64,000 nt of DNA from assembly GCA_035477215.1 (NCBI GenBank), contig DATIKU010000036.1, positions 3,265 through 67,264 on the forward strand, given 5' to 3'. Source of the stretch: Spirochaetota bacterium (GTDB lineage Bacteria > Spirochaetota > UBA4802 > UBA5368). A model generated the notes under the pieces. The model saw only the letters and a program-made list of their open reading frames with translations. It made no database searches and was not told the DNA's origin. The translations under genes were made by a program, and so were the position numbers. Shown here in pieces: positions 52,720 to 62,654 of the stretch (within the stretch, counting starts at the first letter, position 1; each line of letters begins with the position of its first letter).

Positions 52720-54129
52720 TCATGTATTCATCGCCTTGAAGAACGCCTTGTTGTTCTTCGTGGCCTTCATTTTCTCAACCAGTAGCTCCATCGCCTCGGT
52801 GGGACTCATCGCCGAGATGACTTTGCGCAGTATCCATAGCTTGTTAAGCTCCTCATCGTCAAGCAGTAATTCCTCTTTGCGCGTTCCCGATTTGTTGATG
52901 TCGATGGCCGGGAATATGCGCCGGTCGGAGAGCTTGCGGTCCAGGTGCAGCTCGGAATTACCCGTACCCTTGAACTCCTCGAAGATGACCTCGTCCATGC
53001 GGCTTCCGGTGTCGACGAGCGCCGTGGCCAGAATGGTGAGGCTCCCGCCCTCCTCGATATTGCGCGCCGCGCCGAAGAAGCGCTTGGGCTTGTGCAGGGC
53101 GTTGGAGTCCACGCCGCCCGAGAGGATCTTGCCGCTGGTCGGCACCACCTGGTTGTACGCGCGCGCCAGGCGCGTGATCGAATCGAGCAGGATGACGACG
53201 TCCTTCTTGTGCTCCACGAGTCGTTTGGCCTTTTCGAGCACCATCTCGGTCACCTGCACGTGGCGCGAGGCGGGCTCGTCGAAGGTGGACGATATCACCT
53301 CGCCGTTGACCGTGCGCTGCATGTCGGTGACCTCTTCGGGGCGCTCGTCTATGAGCAGCACGATGAGGAATATTTCGGGATGATTGGTGGTGATGGAATT
53401 GGCGATCTTCTGCAACAGCATGGTTTTACCGGTCCTCGGCGGGGCGACGATGAGAGCGCGCTGACCCTTGCCGAAGGGCGTCATGATGTTGACGATGCGC
53501 ATGTCGACATTTTCCGACGCGGTCTCCATTACGATGCGCTCCATCGGATACAGGGGCGTAAGGTTGTCGAAGAGCGTCCGGCTCTGCAGGCGGTCCGGGT
53601 CTTCGAAGTTGACGGCCTCCACCCGGAGCAGCGCGTAGAAACGCTCGTTGTCCTTGGGGGGCCGTATCTGACCGGTGACGGTGTCGCCGGTGCGCAGACC
53701 GAAGAGGCGTATCTGCGACGGGGAAACGTAGATGTCGTCGGGACCGGGCAGATAGTTGTAATTCGGGGAGCGCAAAAATCCGTACCCGTCGCTGAGTATC
53801 TCGAGCACGCCGCTCGAAAAGATAAGGCCGTTACGCTCGGTCTGGGCCTTGAGCAGCTCGAAGATCATGTCCTGCTTCTTGAGACCGGAAACGCCATCGA
53901 CGCCCATGGTGCGCGAAAGCGCCAGAAGCTCGTTGATGGTCTTGGATTTCAGGTCGGAGAGGTCCAGCCTGTTTTCGGGCGGAAGATTGCGCCTGTGAGG
54001 CGCCGGCGAAGCGCTCTCTCCACCGTTTTCTCCGGCCGGCCGGGGCGACGCGGAACCGCTTCTTTTTTCTTCGTCCGAGCCGGCGGTATACCTGCCCTCA
54101 GGCCTGGAAGTCCCGTTTACTCGTGCCAT
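52720..54129 (-). CDS. rho: Transcription termination factor Rho (with about 55-aa low-complexity N-terminal extension)
   Basis: 469 aa. [44 protein letters not shown], Walker [42 protein letters not shown]. Confidence 0.95.
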   Translation of the reverse strand: MARVNGTSRPEGRYTAGSDEEKRSGSASPRPAGENGGESASPAPHRRNLPPENRLDLSDLKSKTINELLALSRTMGVDGVSGLKKQDMIFELLKAQTERNGLIFSSGVLEILSDGYGFLRSPNYNYLPGPDDIYVSPSQIRLFGLRTGDTVTGQIRPPKDNERFYALLRVEAVNFEDPDRLQSRTLFDNLTPLYPMERIVMETASENVDMRIVNIMTPFGKGQRALIVAPPRTGKTMLLQKIANSITTNHPEIFLIVLLIDERPEEVTDMQRTVNGEVISSTFDEPASRHVQVTEMVLEKAKRLVEHKKDVVILLDSITRLARAYNQVVPTSGKILSGGVDSNALHKPKRFFGAARNIEEGGSLTILATALVDTGSRMDEVIFEEFKGTGNSELHLDRKLSDRRIFPAIDINKSGTRKEELLLDDEELNKLWILRKVISAMSPTEAMELLVEKMKATKNNKAFFKAMNT

Positions 54130-54503
54130 AATTCACCTTTGCTGTTATTAAGAGTCTCTCGTGTTCCGTCACACAGGATTGTCGATGGTAATGCCGCTCT
54201 CCAAAAATGCCGTACGGCGGGAAGGCACATAAAAACAGTGCCGCACTATACTCGATTCGCTAATGGCCGAAGATTGTGTTTCTTCCAAGGATGTGTTTTC
54301 GCCGAATCTGCGCTGTCTATCGTTCGATACCGTATGGTAATCCGCTTCTGCAAGGCACCCCGACGGGCCGCCGAAAAGCACCGCAGCCACGAAGGCTTAA
54401 AGATCAAACGCTTTTTACACCGCACCGAGGCAAGGAGGTTGTCGTTAACTGCCCGTCTCTGCGTACAATATAGTTCGCCGCAGATTTTCGTCAACAAAAT
54501 TTT

Positions 54504-55499
54504 TCACTTTTTAGGCCCGCGCCCTGTCCGCCCCTTGTCAACTATACCCAGCTTTTTCATCCGCGCCGAGAGCGTCGCGCGCGAAAGGCCCAGGTCTTCG
54601 GCCGCCTTTTTGGCGTCCCCGCCCTGAGCGATGATGGCATTAACGATGGCGGTCCGCTCGGCCGACTCGAGCGTCTGCGCGAGCGGCTGTTTCTTCCCTC
54701 TGCGGGCGGCCTTCCCTCCGGCCGACGGCGCGTTCAGCTCCCTTCCGCAGTAAATGAGGTATCCCACGTTTTTACCGCCGCTCTGAAACGGCACCTTCTC
54801 GTAGTAGATGCGCATATCCTTGTTGTAAAAATAGGGTTCATCGCTGCCGTCCGCGCGGGTATGCACCTCGTTTTTGTCGGAATTGCCGAGCGACTTCTCG
54901 ACGAACGCCGTATCGACCTCGCGCTTGAGCGCCGCCTCGTACAGGTCCTCGAAATGGCTGTTGTAGAAGATGGTGCCCCCCCTCTCGTTCAGGGCGTACA
55001 GGGCCCGGGGGATGTGTTCGAGGATGAGGTATATCATCCACTCCATCGCCTGCTTCTCGCGGTCCCCGGCGGCGTCAGCGGCCGTGGACTCGGCCCCGCG
55101 CGGCGACTCGCAGGCGGCGAGGAGCTGGAGGCGCGACCAGGTGCCCTGGATTTCACCGAAGAGGTTGATGGTGACGAACTCGCGGTTTTCGGCCACATGG
55201 GGCAGTACCTCGTCCAGCCGCATTTTGCGCGCGAGGCCCGTGATGAACGCGTCGATGGAGAGTTTTGCCGCGCGCTCGATATCGCTGAGCTCGGCGACGA
55301 CATCTTCCTTCCTTAATATTCCGAGCAGTATACCGCGATGGGATACCACGGGGACGAGGGGCACGTTGTTCATGTAAAAAATCCTCACCACGTCCTCGGG
55401 CTTTTTGGCCCCGGGGTCGTAGGGATTCTCCCGGAATTCCCTGAAACCGCCCTTGCCTTCCCCCCGTTTTTCAGTCATCTGCTTATATACCCAGTACAT
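54504..55499 (-). CDS. Regulatory protein with N-terminal CBS-like module and C-terminal Fis-type HTH
   Basis: 331 aa. VPLVPVVSHRGILLGILRKEDVV is CBS-like. C-terminal ERTAIVNAIIAQGGDAKKAAEDLGLSRATLSARMKKLGI is HTH_8-like. The start may be Met8 (55478), which would remove the 17-nt overlap with dapB. Confidence 0.55.
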   Translation of the reverse strand: MYWVYKQMTEKRGEGKGGFREFRENPYDPGAKKPEDVVRIFYMNNVPLVPVVSHRGILLGILRKEDVVAELSDIERAAKLSIDAFITGLARKMRLDEVLPHVAENREFVTINLFGEIQGTWSRLQLLAACESPRGAESTAADAAGDREKQAMEWMIYLILEHIPRALYALNERGGTIFYNSHFEDLYEAALKREVDTAFVEKSLGNSDKNEVHTRADGSDEPYFYNKDMRIYYEKVPFQSGGKNVGYLIYCGRELNAPSAGGKAARRGKKQPLAQTLESAERTAIVNAIIAQGGDAKKAAEDLGLSRATLSARMKKLGIVDKGRTGRGPKK

Positions 55500-56277
55500 C
55501 GAACATCGAGTAGAGCCCCGGCTTCCGGCCCGCTATATACTCGAGGGCCCGCACGGCCCCTCGCGCGAAGTTGTCGCGACTGGTTGCGCGGTGGGTGAGC
55601 TCCACGCGCTCGCCGATCCCGGCGAAGTAGACCGTGTGCTCGCCGACGATATCGCCGCCGCGCAGCACCTGCACGCCGATCTCGCCCGATGTGCGCCCGC
55701 CGATGATGCCGCTGCGGTCGTACGCCTCGCCCGCCGCGGTCAGATGGCCCGACGAGCCCTTCACCACCTCGATGAGGCGCTTGGCGGTGCCGGATGGGGC
55801 GTCCTTCTTGAAGCGATGGTGCGCCTCGAAGACCTCGACGTCGAAGTCGTCGCCGAGAACGCGCGCGGCGGTCTCGGTGAGGCGAAAGAGCAGGTTGACG
55901 CCAACCGACATGTTGGGCGACACCAAAAGCGGGATCGAGCGCGCGGCCTCTTCGAAGCGGCGGCGCTGCTCGTTCGAAAAGCCCGTGGTGCCCACAACGA
56001 GCGGCTTGCCCAGGCCCTGGGCAAGGGAGAGGAGCTGCATGGTGGCGGCCGGCGCGGAGAAGTCGATAAGGCCGTCCACCCGCGCGGCGTCGGCCTCGTT
56101 GATCGCGGAGACCAGCACGCCGGTGTTTTCGCCGTGAAGCAGGGACCCCACGTCCTTACCCATGCAGGGCGCGGAGGGCGCGTCGAAGGCGGCAAGCGCC
56201 GTGTGGCCGCGCTCTACAAGGACGCGCAGGATGGCCGTTCCCATCCTGCCCGAAACCCCGCAGAGCCCCGCTCTCAC
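55483..56277 (-). CDS. dapB: 4-hydroxy-tetrahydrodipicolinate reductase
   Basis: 264 aa. GVSGRMG, LIDFSAP, PLVVGTTGF, SPNMSVGVN, EVFEAHHRFKKDAPSGTA. ATGA-type overlap with dapA upstream. Confidence 0.9.
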   Translation of the reverse strand: MRAGLCGVSGRMGTAILRVLVERGHTALAAFDAPSAPCMGKDVGSLLHGENTGVLVSAINEADAARVDGLIDFSAPAATMQLLSLAQGLGKPLVVGTTGFSNEQRRRFEEAARSIPLLVSPNMSVGVNLLFRLTETAARVLGDDFDVEVFEAHHRFKKDAPSGTAKRLIEVVKGSSGHLTAAGEAYDRSGIIGGRTSGEIGVQVLRGGDIVGEHTVYFAGIGERVELTHRATSRDNFARGAVRALEYIAGRKPGLYSMFDVLGI

Positions 56278-57152
56278 AGCTTAACCCCGTAGTCGACAAG
56301 GGCCTGGCGCAGCTTCGCGCGGTGCTCGTCGGAGAGCGGGACCAGCGGCAGCCGGATGTCGCCGGCGCAGCGTCCCATCATCTCCATCGCCGCCTTGACC
56401 GGTATGGGATTTGTCTCGTAAAACATGGCGCGGCAGAGCGGGAGTATCTTATAGAAAAGCGTTCTGGACTCGTCGAATCTGCCTTCGTTAAACAGGGTCA
56501 CGATCTTCTTCATGTCGGCGGGCAGCACGTTGGCGAGGACCGAGATGACCCCCTTCCCGCCGATGGCGAGCAGCGGCAGGAGCAGGTTGTCGTCGCCCGA
56601 AAGCAGCGTGAGGCGGTCGCCGCAGAGCTCGATGACGCGCATCATCTGCACGAGGTCGCCGGTGGCCTCCTTGATGGCGACGATGTTGGGCGCGCGGCCC
56701 AACAGCTCCAGTATGCTCTCCGGCAGAAAGTTGACGGCCGTGCGGACCGGTATGTTATAGAGGATAACCGGTATGGCGATCGATTTCGCCACGGTCTCGA
56801 AATGGGCGACGAGCCCCCTCTGGGGCGGCCTGTTGTAATAGGGGTTTACGAGCAGCACCCCGTCCACGCCGTATTCCTGCGCGGCCTGGGAAAGGTGCAC
56901 CGCCTCGCGGGTTGAGTTGGAGCCCGTTCCGGCGATCACCTTCACCCGTTTGTCGACCATCGCGACCACGCGCTTTACGTATTCCTTGTGCTCCTCGAAC
57001 GAAAGCGTGGGCGATTCCCCGGTCGTGCCGACCGGCACCACGCCGTCCACACCGCCCTTCACCTGCGCCTCGATCAGACCCTCGAGCGAGGTATAATCTA
57101 TTTTGTCGTCCCGAAACGGCGTTACGAGCGCCGTAAACACACCCTTGAACAT
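56274..57152 (-). CDS. dapA: 4-hydroxy-tetrahydrodipicolinate synthase
   Basis: 292 aa. GVFTALVTPF, VVPVGTTGESPTLSFEEH, VIAGTGSNSTREA, LLVNPYYNRP, IVAIKEATGD (Schiff-base Lys). Confidence 0.9.
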   Translation of the reverse strand: MFKGVFTALVTPFRDDKIDYTSLEGLIEAQVKGGVDGVVPVGTTGESPTLSFEEHKEYVKRVVAMVDKRVKVIAGTGSNSTREAVHLSQAAQEYGVDGVLLVNPYYNRPPQRGLVAHFETVAKSIAIPVILYNIPVRTAVNFLPESILELLGRAPNIVAIKEATGDLVQMMRVIELCGDRLTLLSGDDNLLLPLLAIGGKGVISVLANVLPADMKKIVTLFNEGRFDESRTLFYKILPLCRAMFYETNPIPVKAAMEMMGRCAGDIRLPLVPLSDEHRAKLRQALVDYGVKL

Positions 57153-57193
57153 GACATCATCCCCTTTGTTTTATCGCGTGGCGGCCGCGTCAA

Positions 57194-57541
57194 TCATTTC
57201 CGCTGCACGTCCACAAGCTGAAAAAGCCGCTCCTCGAAATACTGTTTGTCATACGCCTTGTCTTTAAAGTCGTCGTCGAAGAGGAAGAGTATGAGCACAC
57301 GCTCCGCTTTTAAAAAATCGATCGAAACGGGATGGGCGTGCACTTTTATAAAATCGCTTCCCGTCGTAATGATAATGTTCACGACCTCGCCCTTTTTGAG
57401 CGGGGCCTCCTCCCTCCCGGCGTTCTGTTTCATTACGTACCGGTCGCTTTCGTATCCCCTGAGGCCCGCAACGTGCTCGTCCTTAATGAAGGAAGAGCAG
57501 GAGCAGAGAAACACGAGAGCGGCAACCGCCCATTTTTTCAT
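57194..57541 (-). CDS. Small putative lipoprotein
   Basis: 115 aa. MKKWAVAALVFLCSCSS has a lipobox-like L-C-S-C. No family recognised. Confidence 0.5.
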   Translation of the reverse strand: MKKWAVAALVFLCSCSSFIKDEHVAGLRGYESDRYVMKQNAGREEAPLKKGEVVNIIITTGSDFIKVHAHPVSIDFLKAERVLILFLFDDDFKDKAYDKQYFEERLFQLVDVQRK

Positions 57542-57648
57542 CGATAACCTCGCTGCCGGCAGAAATCACACCGCGGCGCGGGGGCGCCGGCGGAGCGCCT
57601 TCCCGCAGCCTTCATTGGTAGTAAAAATGGCAGGGCATTGTCAAGGAT

Positions 57649-58053
57649 TTATTTATGATAGGCGATGCCCTCGCACGAGGCGATGTGCCTGCCGGCACCG
57701 CCACGCACGTCGATCTTCCACACGCTGACCTTCTTGCCGATGTTGACCGGGAGGGCCTCGGCCACGATCTTCTCCCCGTCCATCGCCCCCGCGAGATAGC
57801 TTATTGAAAAGTGCACCGCCAGCGCCTTCGTCCCCATGGAGTTGCAGGCCACCGCGAAGGCCTGGTCTGCCACCGCGTGGACCGTTATGCCGTGCGCGCG
57901 CTCGGCGGCGTTGAGGTACTCGTGCATGACGGTGAGCGAACAGCGCGCGTAGGCCTCCCGCGCCTCCTCCACCACGATGCCGAGGAAGGTTGCCATGGGG
58001 TCGCGTCCCACGATCTCACGGGCGTATTCCACCGGGCTGTTGATGATCGTCAT
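57649..58053 (-). CDS. PaaI-family (hotdog-fold) thioesterase
   Basis: 134 aa from ATG 58053 (GGGGAGGGG upstream). ATFLGIVVEE...YARCSLTV...LNAAERAHGITVHAVADQAF...VHFSISYLAGA follows the PaaI/YbgC-like pattern. Confidence 0.7.
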   Translation of the reverse strand: MTIINSPVEYAREIVGRDPMATFLGIVVEEAREAYARCSLTVMHEYLNAAERAHGITVHAVADQAFAVACNSMGTKALAVHFSISYLAGAMDGEKIVAEALPVNIGKKVSVWKIDVRGGAGRHIASCEGIAYHK

Positions 58054-58261
58054 CGTCCCCTCCCCTACGGCGCGTGGAGCTTGCGGAAGTCGTGATTCGG
58101 CGCCGCCGACCCGCACAGGGTCTGTATGAATACGAGACCGTGTATTATTCGCTTTTGCATCGCGTCCTCCGGCGCTTGTGATGCGCAATCATAGAGGCGA
58201 AAATGGGAGATGTCAAGTATTATACGCGGGGGCCCCGGCAGAGACGCACGATCGGGCGTTT

Positions 58262-58696
58262 CTACGGGCGTTCGGCCTTCCTCTTCAGATGCTCGAGCCA
58301 GCGATCGATTGACCTGTCGAGGAACTTCGGCATCACGATGCTCAATATCAGCGCCAGCCAGCCTTCCATGGTTTCTTCGGTGCTCACGATGGTGCCCTCG
58401 CCCTTTTTCTTGAAGTACCACTTGTGACGGGCGCGCGTCCCCAGCGCCCTCCCGTTCCAGATTACCTCCTCGCCGTCAACCACCTTCTCTATGGTGGATT
58501 CAATCGTCATGCCGCCGGACTTCCAATGGAACACCGTTCCGGGCGCGAGCTTGCCGCCGAGGGCGGCCTCGGTGATGCCGGGGTGCCAGGCGGGCCATTT
58601 GTTGATATCGGCGTGGATGGCCCACACTTTTTTTACCGGGGCGTTGACGTAGAGGGCTTTTATTGATTCCAGTTTTCCGAAAAAGGGGATTCCCAT
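58262..58696 (-). CDS. SRPBCC-superfamily (START/polyketide-cyclase-like) protein
   Basis: 144 aa from ATG 58696 (AAGGAG upstream; ORF open to 58759). VNAPVKKVWAIHADINKWPAWHPGI...GTVFHWKSGGMTIESTIEKV. Confidence 0.65.
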   Translation of the reverse strand: MGIPFFGKLESIKALYVNAPVKKVWAIHADINKWPAWHPGITEAALGGKLAPGTVFHWKSGGMTIESTIEKVVDGEEVIWNGRALGTRARHKWYFKKKGEGTIVSTEETMEGWLALILSIVMPKFLDRSIDRWLEHLKRKAERP

Positions 58697-58833
58697 TTGA
58701 TTCTCCTTTATGGATGGATGATTCCATGAGTCCGTCAGTGTATCTTTATCGTTATTCATTATCCGCTTTTTCGTGAGGGAGTCAATCAGTTAATTTGACG
58801 GTTGTCTTCCAAGTGTTTTCAATCCGGTGATTT

Positions 58834-59139
58834 TCAAGTCTGTACGTCGTTCAGTTTCAACCGGGCCGCGCAATCGCCATCGGTTCCGGTCGGGGCGGTG
58901 CGAGAGAAGAGCCGCCGGTCGGCCGACGGAACGACGCCCGCATGTGCGGCTTCAGCAAGCGTTGAGGCAAGGAGGGCGCATAGCCGGTTTATGAACGACT
59001 GGCCTTCAATACGGCCGTACAGCCATTCCGCGGAGGGCCGCGATTTTCCCCTGATGTTGCTTTGTTTCACCCCATCGGCAAAGGGAAGTAAAACCGAGAT
59101 GACGGTTTCGGCACCGGGGTGCCATTCGCGCGGGGTCAT
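58834..59139 (-). pseudogene. Isolated ORF that looks like an internal fragment of a larger Fe-S/reductase-type protein; doubtful gene
   Basis: 101 aa. ...PGAETVISVLLPFADGVKQSNIRGK..PSAEWLYGRIEGQSFINRLCALLASTLAEA.. recalls the N-terminal part of DUF1730/4Fe-4S reductase-like proteins but ends prematurely. No SD noted. Confidence 0.25.
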
Positions 59140-59373
59140 GCAGAGGCCGCCGATTACGGCGGGAGAAGCCGTCGACAGGCCGGTTTTGTTTTCCCTATGT
59201 TATCAACCATACAACGACGGAACCGTCAAGCTGAATCGTTACATGGAAAAGCCCGTTGACTTTTCCCCGAAGCTTGTGTAATGTGCTGAAATCACTCACA
59301 TTGCCTGTATTTAACGGCTTTATAAGCCGCAATTTTAAATGATGAAGAACGCATTTACCGCAAAATAGAGAGA

Positions 59374-60366
59374 ATGACGGCCATGGGCATAATAAATGCA
59401 CAGCATTATCCGGGGAGGCATTGTGCAAGCACGGCGCTCTGCAATCTGGTGAATTATCATGGGATCCGATGGAGCGAGGCCCTGTGCTTCGGAATAGGGT
59501 GCGGTCTTGGGATATGGTATCTTGAAAACGGCGGGGAATCGCTCGAAAGAATAATCCATGTGCGTTCGGAGGACATCGAAGAGCAGTTTTTTACACGCAT
59601 TGGACGGACTTTCCAATGGAGTATATATGCCGATCCCGGTGAAAGCGAAAGCGACCTGTGTGCAGTACTGGACGAAGGGAGGCCTGCCATGGTGCAGTCG
59701 GACATTTATCATCTTCCCTATTATAATTCCGGCACGCATTTCCCGGGCCATGTGATTACCGTCTGGGGATATGATGTTGATCGAAAGGTATTTTATGTTA
59801 CCGATACCGAGCGCGAAAACATGCTCGAGGTCCCGTTCGAGGCGATGAGAAAGGCACGCTACAGTAAAATGGGATTTTTTACCATCAAGGGAAATATGTA
59901 CGCGCCGGAGAACATCAGCATGCCCGACAGCCTCCCCGCGGTACTGAGCGGCGCTATCATCGATTCCAGCCGCAGGCTTATGGATGCGAAATCAAAATAT
60001 CAGGGGATTCAGGCCCTGAAGACCTGGATCGAAGAGCTGGATGACTGGAAGCGTTTCAACGACTGGAAATGGACGGCGCGTTTTACGTACCAGGTGATCG
60101 AGAAACGCGGCACCGGCGGCGGCGGGTTCCGGCTGATTTATGCCGAGTTCCTCAAGGAGGCGGCATCCCTCGTGCCGCAGATACCGGCTCTCGGGCTGCC
60201 TGAGCTGATGCGCGAGGCGGCACGGGCATGGAGTGATCTCGCCCGGGCATTAAAGGGGGCGTCGGAGCGCGAGGTCTTCGATGCCGGAGAGGTCCGCACA
60301 AGGCTCGAGAAGGTGCTCGCGCTGGAGTCGCGGTATCATGAGAGCGCGCTGCGGCTTGCCGTATAA
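59374..60366 (+). CDS. BtrH_N / DUF4872 family protein (papain-like cysteine-peptidase-fold family)
   Basis: 330 aa. HYPGRHCASTALCNLVNYHGIRWSEALCFGIGCGLG, MVQSDIYHLPYYNSGTHFPGHVITVWGYD is the BtrH N-terminal-domain pattern with Cys/His. AT-richer 5' region. Confidence 0.65.
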   Translation: MTAMGIINAQHYPGRHCASTALCNLVNYHGIRWSEALCFGIGCGLGIWYLENGGESLERIIHVRSEDIEEQFFTRIGRTFQWSIYADPGESESDLCAVLDEGRPAMVQSDIYHLPYYNSGTHFPGHVITVWGYDVDRKVFYVTDTERENMLEVPFEAMRKARYSKMGFFTIKGNMYAPENISMPDSLPAVLSGAIIDSSRRLMDAKSKYQGIQALKTWIEELDDWKRFNDWKWTARFTYQVIEKRGTGGGGFRLIYAEFLKEAASLVPQIPALGLPELMREAARAWSDLARALKGASEREVFDAGEVRTRLEKVLALESRYHESALRLAV

Positions 60367-60671
60367 CGCGGGATGGATTGAAGGCGACGTGATGAATGCG
60401 AAGCGGAGCGGCCACCCGCCGTGGCCTGCGCGCCGGCAGGGCATCCCCGGCATTCGGCCCCGGTGAAATGCCCGGGCAGGGCCTTGAACTGCGGACAGTG
60501 TTCGAAGACCGGCCAGAACTTTTTGAAGCGTTCGGCGTAACCGTCGAACGAGCCCAGGAGCTCCCTCAGCTTTTCGCCGTGGAACCTGATCTCGCCCTCG
60601 GCGTACGCCATGCACTTTCCGCGGTTGAGCCCGCAGGGCGCGAGCCGTTTGAGCATGTCCTCGTGCTTCAT
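60336..60671 (-). CDS. DUF3795-like cysteine-motif protein, possibly degenerate
   Basis: 111 aa. MLKRLAPCGLNRGKCMAYAEGEI... resembles the DUF3795 C-G-x-N-C-x-x-C start but has Arg at the third Cys position. The expected C-terminal Cys-rich half is absent in all frames. The 3' 31 nt overlap the convergent BtrH-like gene. Confidence 0.4.
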   Translation of the reverse strand: MKHEDMLKRLAPCGLNRGKCMAYAEGEIRFHGEKLRELLGSFDGYAERFKKFWPVFEHCPQFKALPGHFTGAECRGCPAGAQATAGGRSASHSSRRLQSIPRYTASRSALS

Positions 60672-60693
60672 GACACCCCTCCTTATCGGTACC

Positions 60694-61557
60694 CTATTCC
60701 TTTACAAACTCCATCGCCACGAACGGGACCGTCAGCGTGAAGCCGGTCCCCTCTTCGCATTTCGCGTTGATCCGCGTCTCGATGTCGGCGAATATACGCT
60801 GCCGCGCCTCGGCGGGGACGCAGCTCTTCCAGCCGTCGAGAAAGGCCAGGCGGATGAAGAAGTGTTTGAGCATCGCCGTGCCGTCGGCGAAACGGTAATC
60901 GAAGCCGTCCGCGATCGACCTCTTCCGCGCGAAGCGGTTCTCCCCGAAGAGCCTTTCGATAAGCGCGATGGGCGGCCTTTTCGCGCGTATATGCTCGTCG
61001 ATGACCGGCAGGTATTCCGCCATTCCGTGCGCGCGCAGGCTTTCCCGGTACACGTCGTAGAACTCGATCATCGTCGCGTCGAGGTTCATGGTCATGACGA
61101 ATTGACAGCCGGGCCGGGCCACGCGCGCGCATTCGCGAAGCACCGCCGGGAGGTCGGGTACGTTGTTGAGGCCGTTGTTGCTGACGATAAGGTCGACCGA
61201 GGCGTCGCCGAGCGGCAGGCTTTCGGCCGCGCCTTCGATGAGCCTGATGTTCGTTATGCCGCAGTGCGCGGCCTTGAGGCGTGCCCTGTTCGCGGCGGCG
61301 CCCCACGGGTCCACGCCGTACACCGTGCACGAGGGCCCCAGCCTCATGGCGAGCTCGAGCATCGGGAAGCCGGTGCCGAAACCGATGTCGAGGGCGGTCA
61401 TTCCTTTTCGGTACTCGACGAGCTCGAGAAGGCGCCTGCCGAATGGCGCCGACCAGAGCGGCACCTCGTCGCAGCAGGAGACGAGGATTTCGTCGTTGAA
61501 GTCGATGCCGGGTTCGATGTCGCTCATTGTACGGGTTCCGTGATCGGCGGTATCCAT
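60694..61557 (-). CDS. Class I SAM-dependent methyltransferase
   Basis: 287 aa. ALDIGFGTGFPMLELA (motif I), VYGVDP, DLIVSNNGLNNV (motif post-II/III). Confidence 0.75.
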   Translation of the reverse strand: MDTADHGTRTMSDIEPGIDFNDEILVSCCDEVPLWSAPFGRRLLELVEYRKGMTALDIGFGTGFPMLELAMRLGPSCTVYGVDPWGAAANRARLKAAHCGITNIRLIEGAAESLPLGDASVDLIVSNNGLNNVPDLPAVLRECARVARPGCQFVMTMNLDATMIEFYDVYRESLRAHGMAEYLPVIDEHIRAKRPPIALIERLFGENRFARKRSIADGFDYRFADGTAMLKHFFIRLAFLDGWKSCVPAEARQRIFADIETRINAKCEEGTGFTLTVPFVAMEFVKE

Positions 61558-61571
61558 GATAACGGCCGGTG

Positions 61572-62381
61572 TTAAGCAAGAAGCAACAGGCTTATCGCCA
61601 TGACCGCCATCCCGGCGATTAAACCGCCGATGGCGATATGATGTTTACCGTATTCCTCGGCGGTGGGCAACAGTTCGTCAAGGGAAATATAAACCATGAT
61701 GCCCGCCACCCCGGCGAAGACCACTCCGAACACGATATCGTTGAAAAAGGCCCGCAGTATGAAATATCCCACCAGCGCTCCGACCGGTTCCGCAAGACCT
61801 GAAAGCAAGGACAGCCAGAACGCCTTCGTTTTGCTTTTTGTCGAATAGTAAATCGGAACCGATACGACCATTCCCTCGGGGATGTTATGAATCGCGATCG
61901 CGACGGCGATACTGACGCCCAGGGCGGGATCGCTCAGGGCCCCCATGAACGTGGCCAGACCCTCCGGAAAATTATGAATGCCGATTGCGAGCGCCGAGAA
62001 CAGGCCCATTCTCAGCAGTCTTCTGTCGTTCCTTGCGCTTTTGTACGCATCCTCGTTTATATTCCCGATTTCGTGGGGGTTTTCGACCGACGGTACCATT
62101 TTATCGATCAGGGCGATGAGCGCCACTCCGGAGAAAAAAGCGATAACCGTCACATAATAGCCCGTTTTTTCGCCAAGGACCCCGCTCAACGAATACCTTG
62201 CCTTGACAAATATTTCGACAAAAGAAACATAAATCATCACACCCGCGGAAAATCCCAGCGAACCGCATAAAAAATTCGGATTGTACTTCTTTGAAAAAAA
62301 AGCCATCACGCTGCCGATACCGGTGGACAGGCCGGCGAAAACGGTCAGTCCAAACGCGAACAGTATGTTTTCGGTGTTCAT
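61572..62381 (-). CDS. zupT: ZIP-family zinc transporter ZupT
   Basis: 269 aa. [57 protein letters not shown] are canonical ZupT blocks. Confidence 0.9.
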   Translation of the reverse strand: MNTENILFAFGLTVFAGLSTGIGSVMAFFSKKYNPNFLCGSLGFSAGVMIYVSFVEIFVKARYSLSGVLGEKTGYYVTVIAFFSGVALIALIDKMVPSVENPHEIGNINEDAYKSARNDRRLLRMGLFSALAIGIHNFPEGLATFMGALSDPALGVSIAVAIAIHNIPEGMVVSVPIYYSTKSKTKAFWLSLLSGLAEPVGALVGYFILRAFFNDIVFGVVFAGVAGIMVYISLDELLPTAEEYGKHHIAIGGLIAGMAVMAISLLLLA

Positions 62382-62654
62382 TGTGCCTCCTGGCGGGCCC
62401 TGATCGCGCTCATGCCGTCGGGTTTCGCCGTTGTGGGGCGGTCACCGTTTGGCCCCGCCATCACATGTCTGCCTTTTACCCGCAATATCCTCCATCCGGC
62501 TTTCTGGAACAGTTTCAGCATTTCTTTTCCGGACAGCGGCATGGGCGCCCCGACGACGCAATGATATAACCAATTATGGCCGGCATGTCGATCTGAGTCA
62601 AGCGATCCCCTCTACGCACTATCGACGGTCGAGGCCACATCGGGTATTCCGCCC

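Noticed and set aside
62560-62600. Possible Zur box upstream of zupT (caatgatataaccaattatgg)
   Set aside because: It is only weakly palindromic and lies ~190 bp from the start codon. It does not match the Zur consensus I remember well enough.
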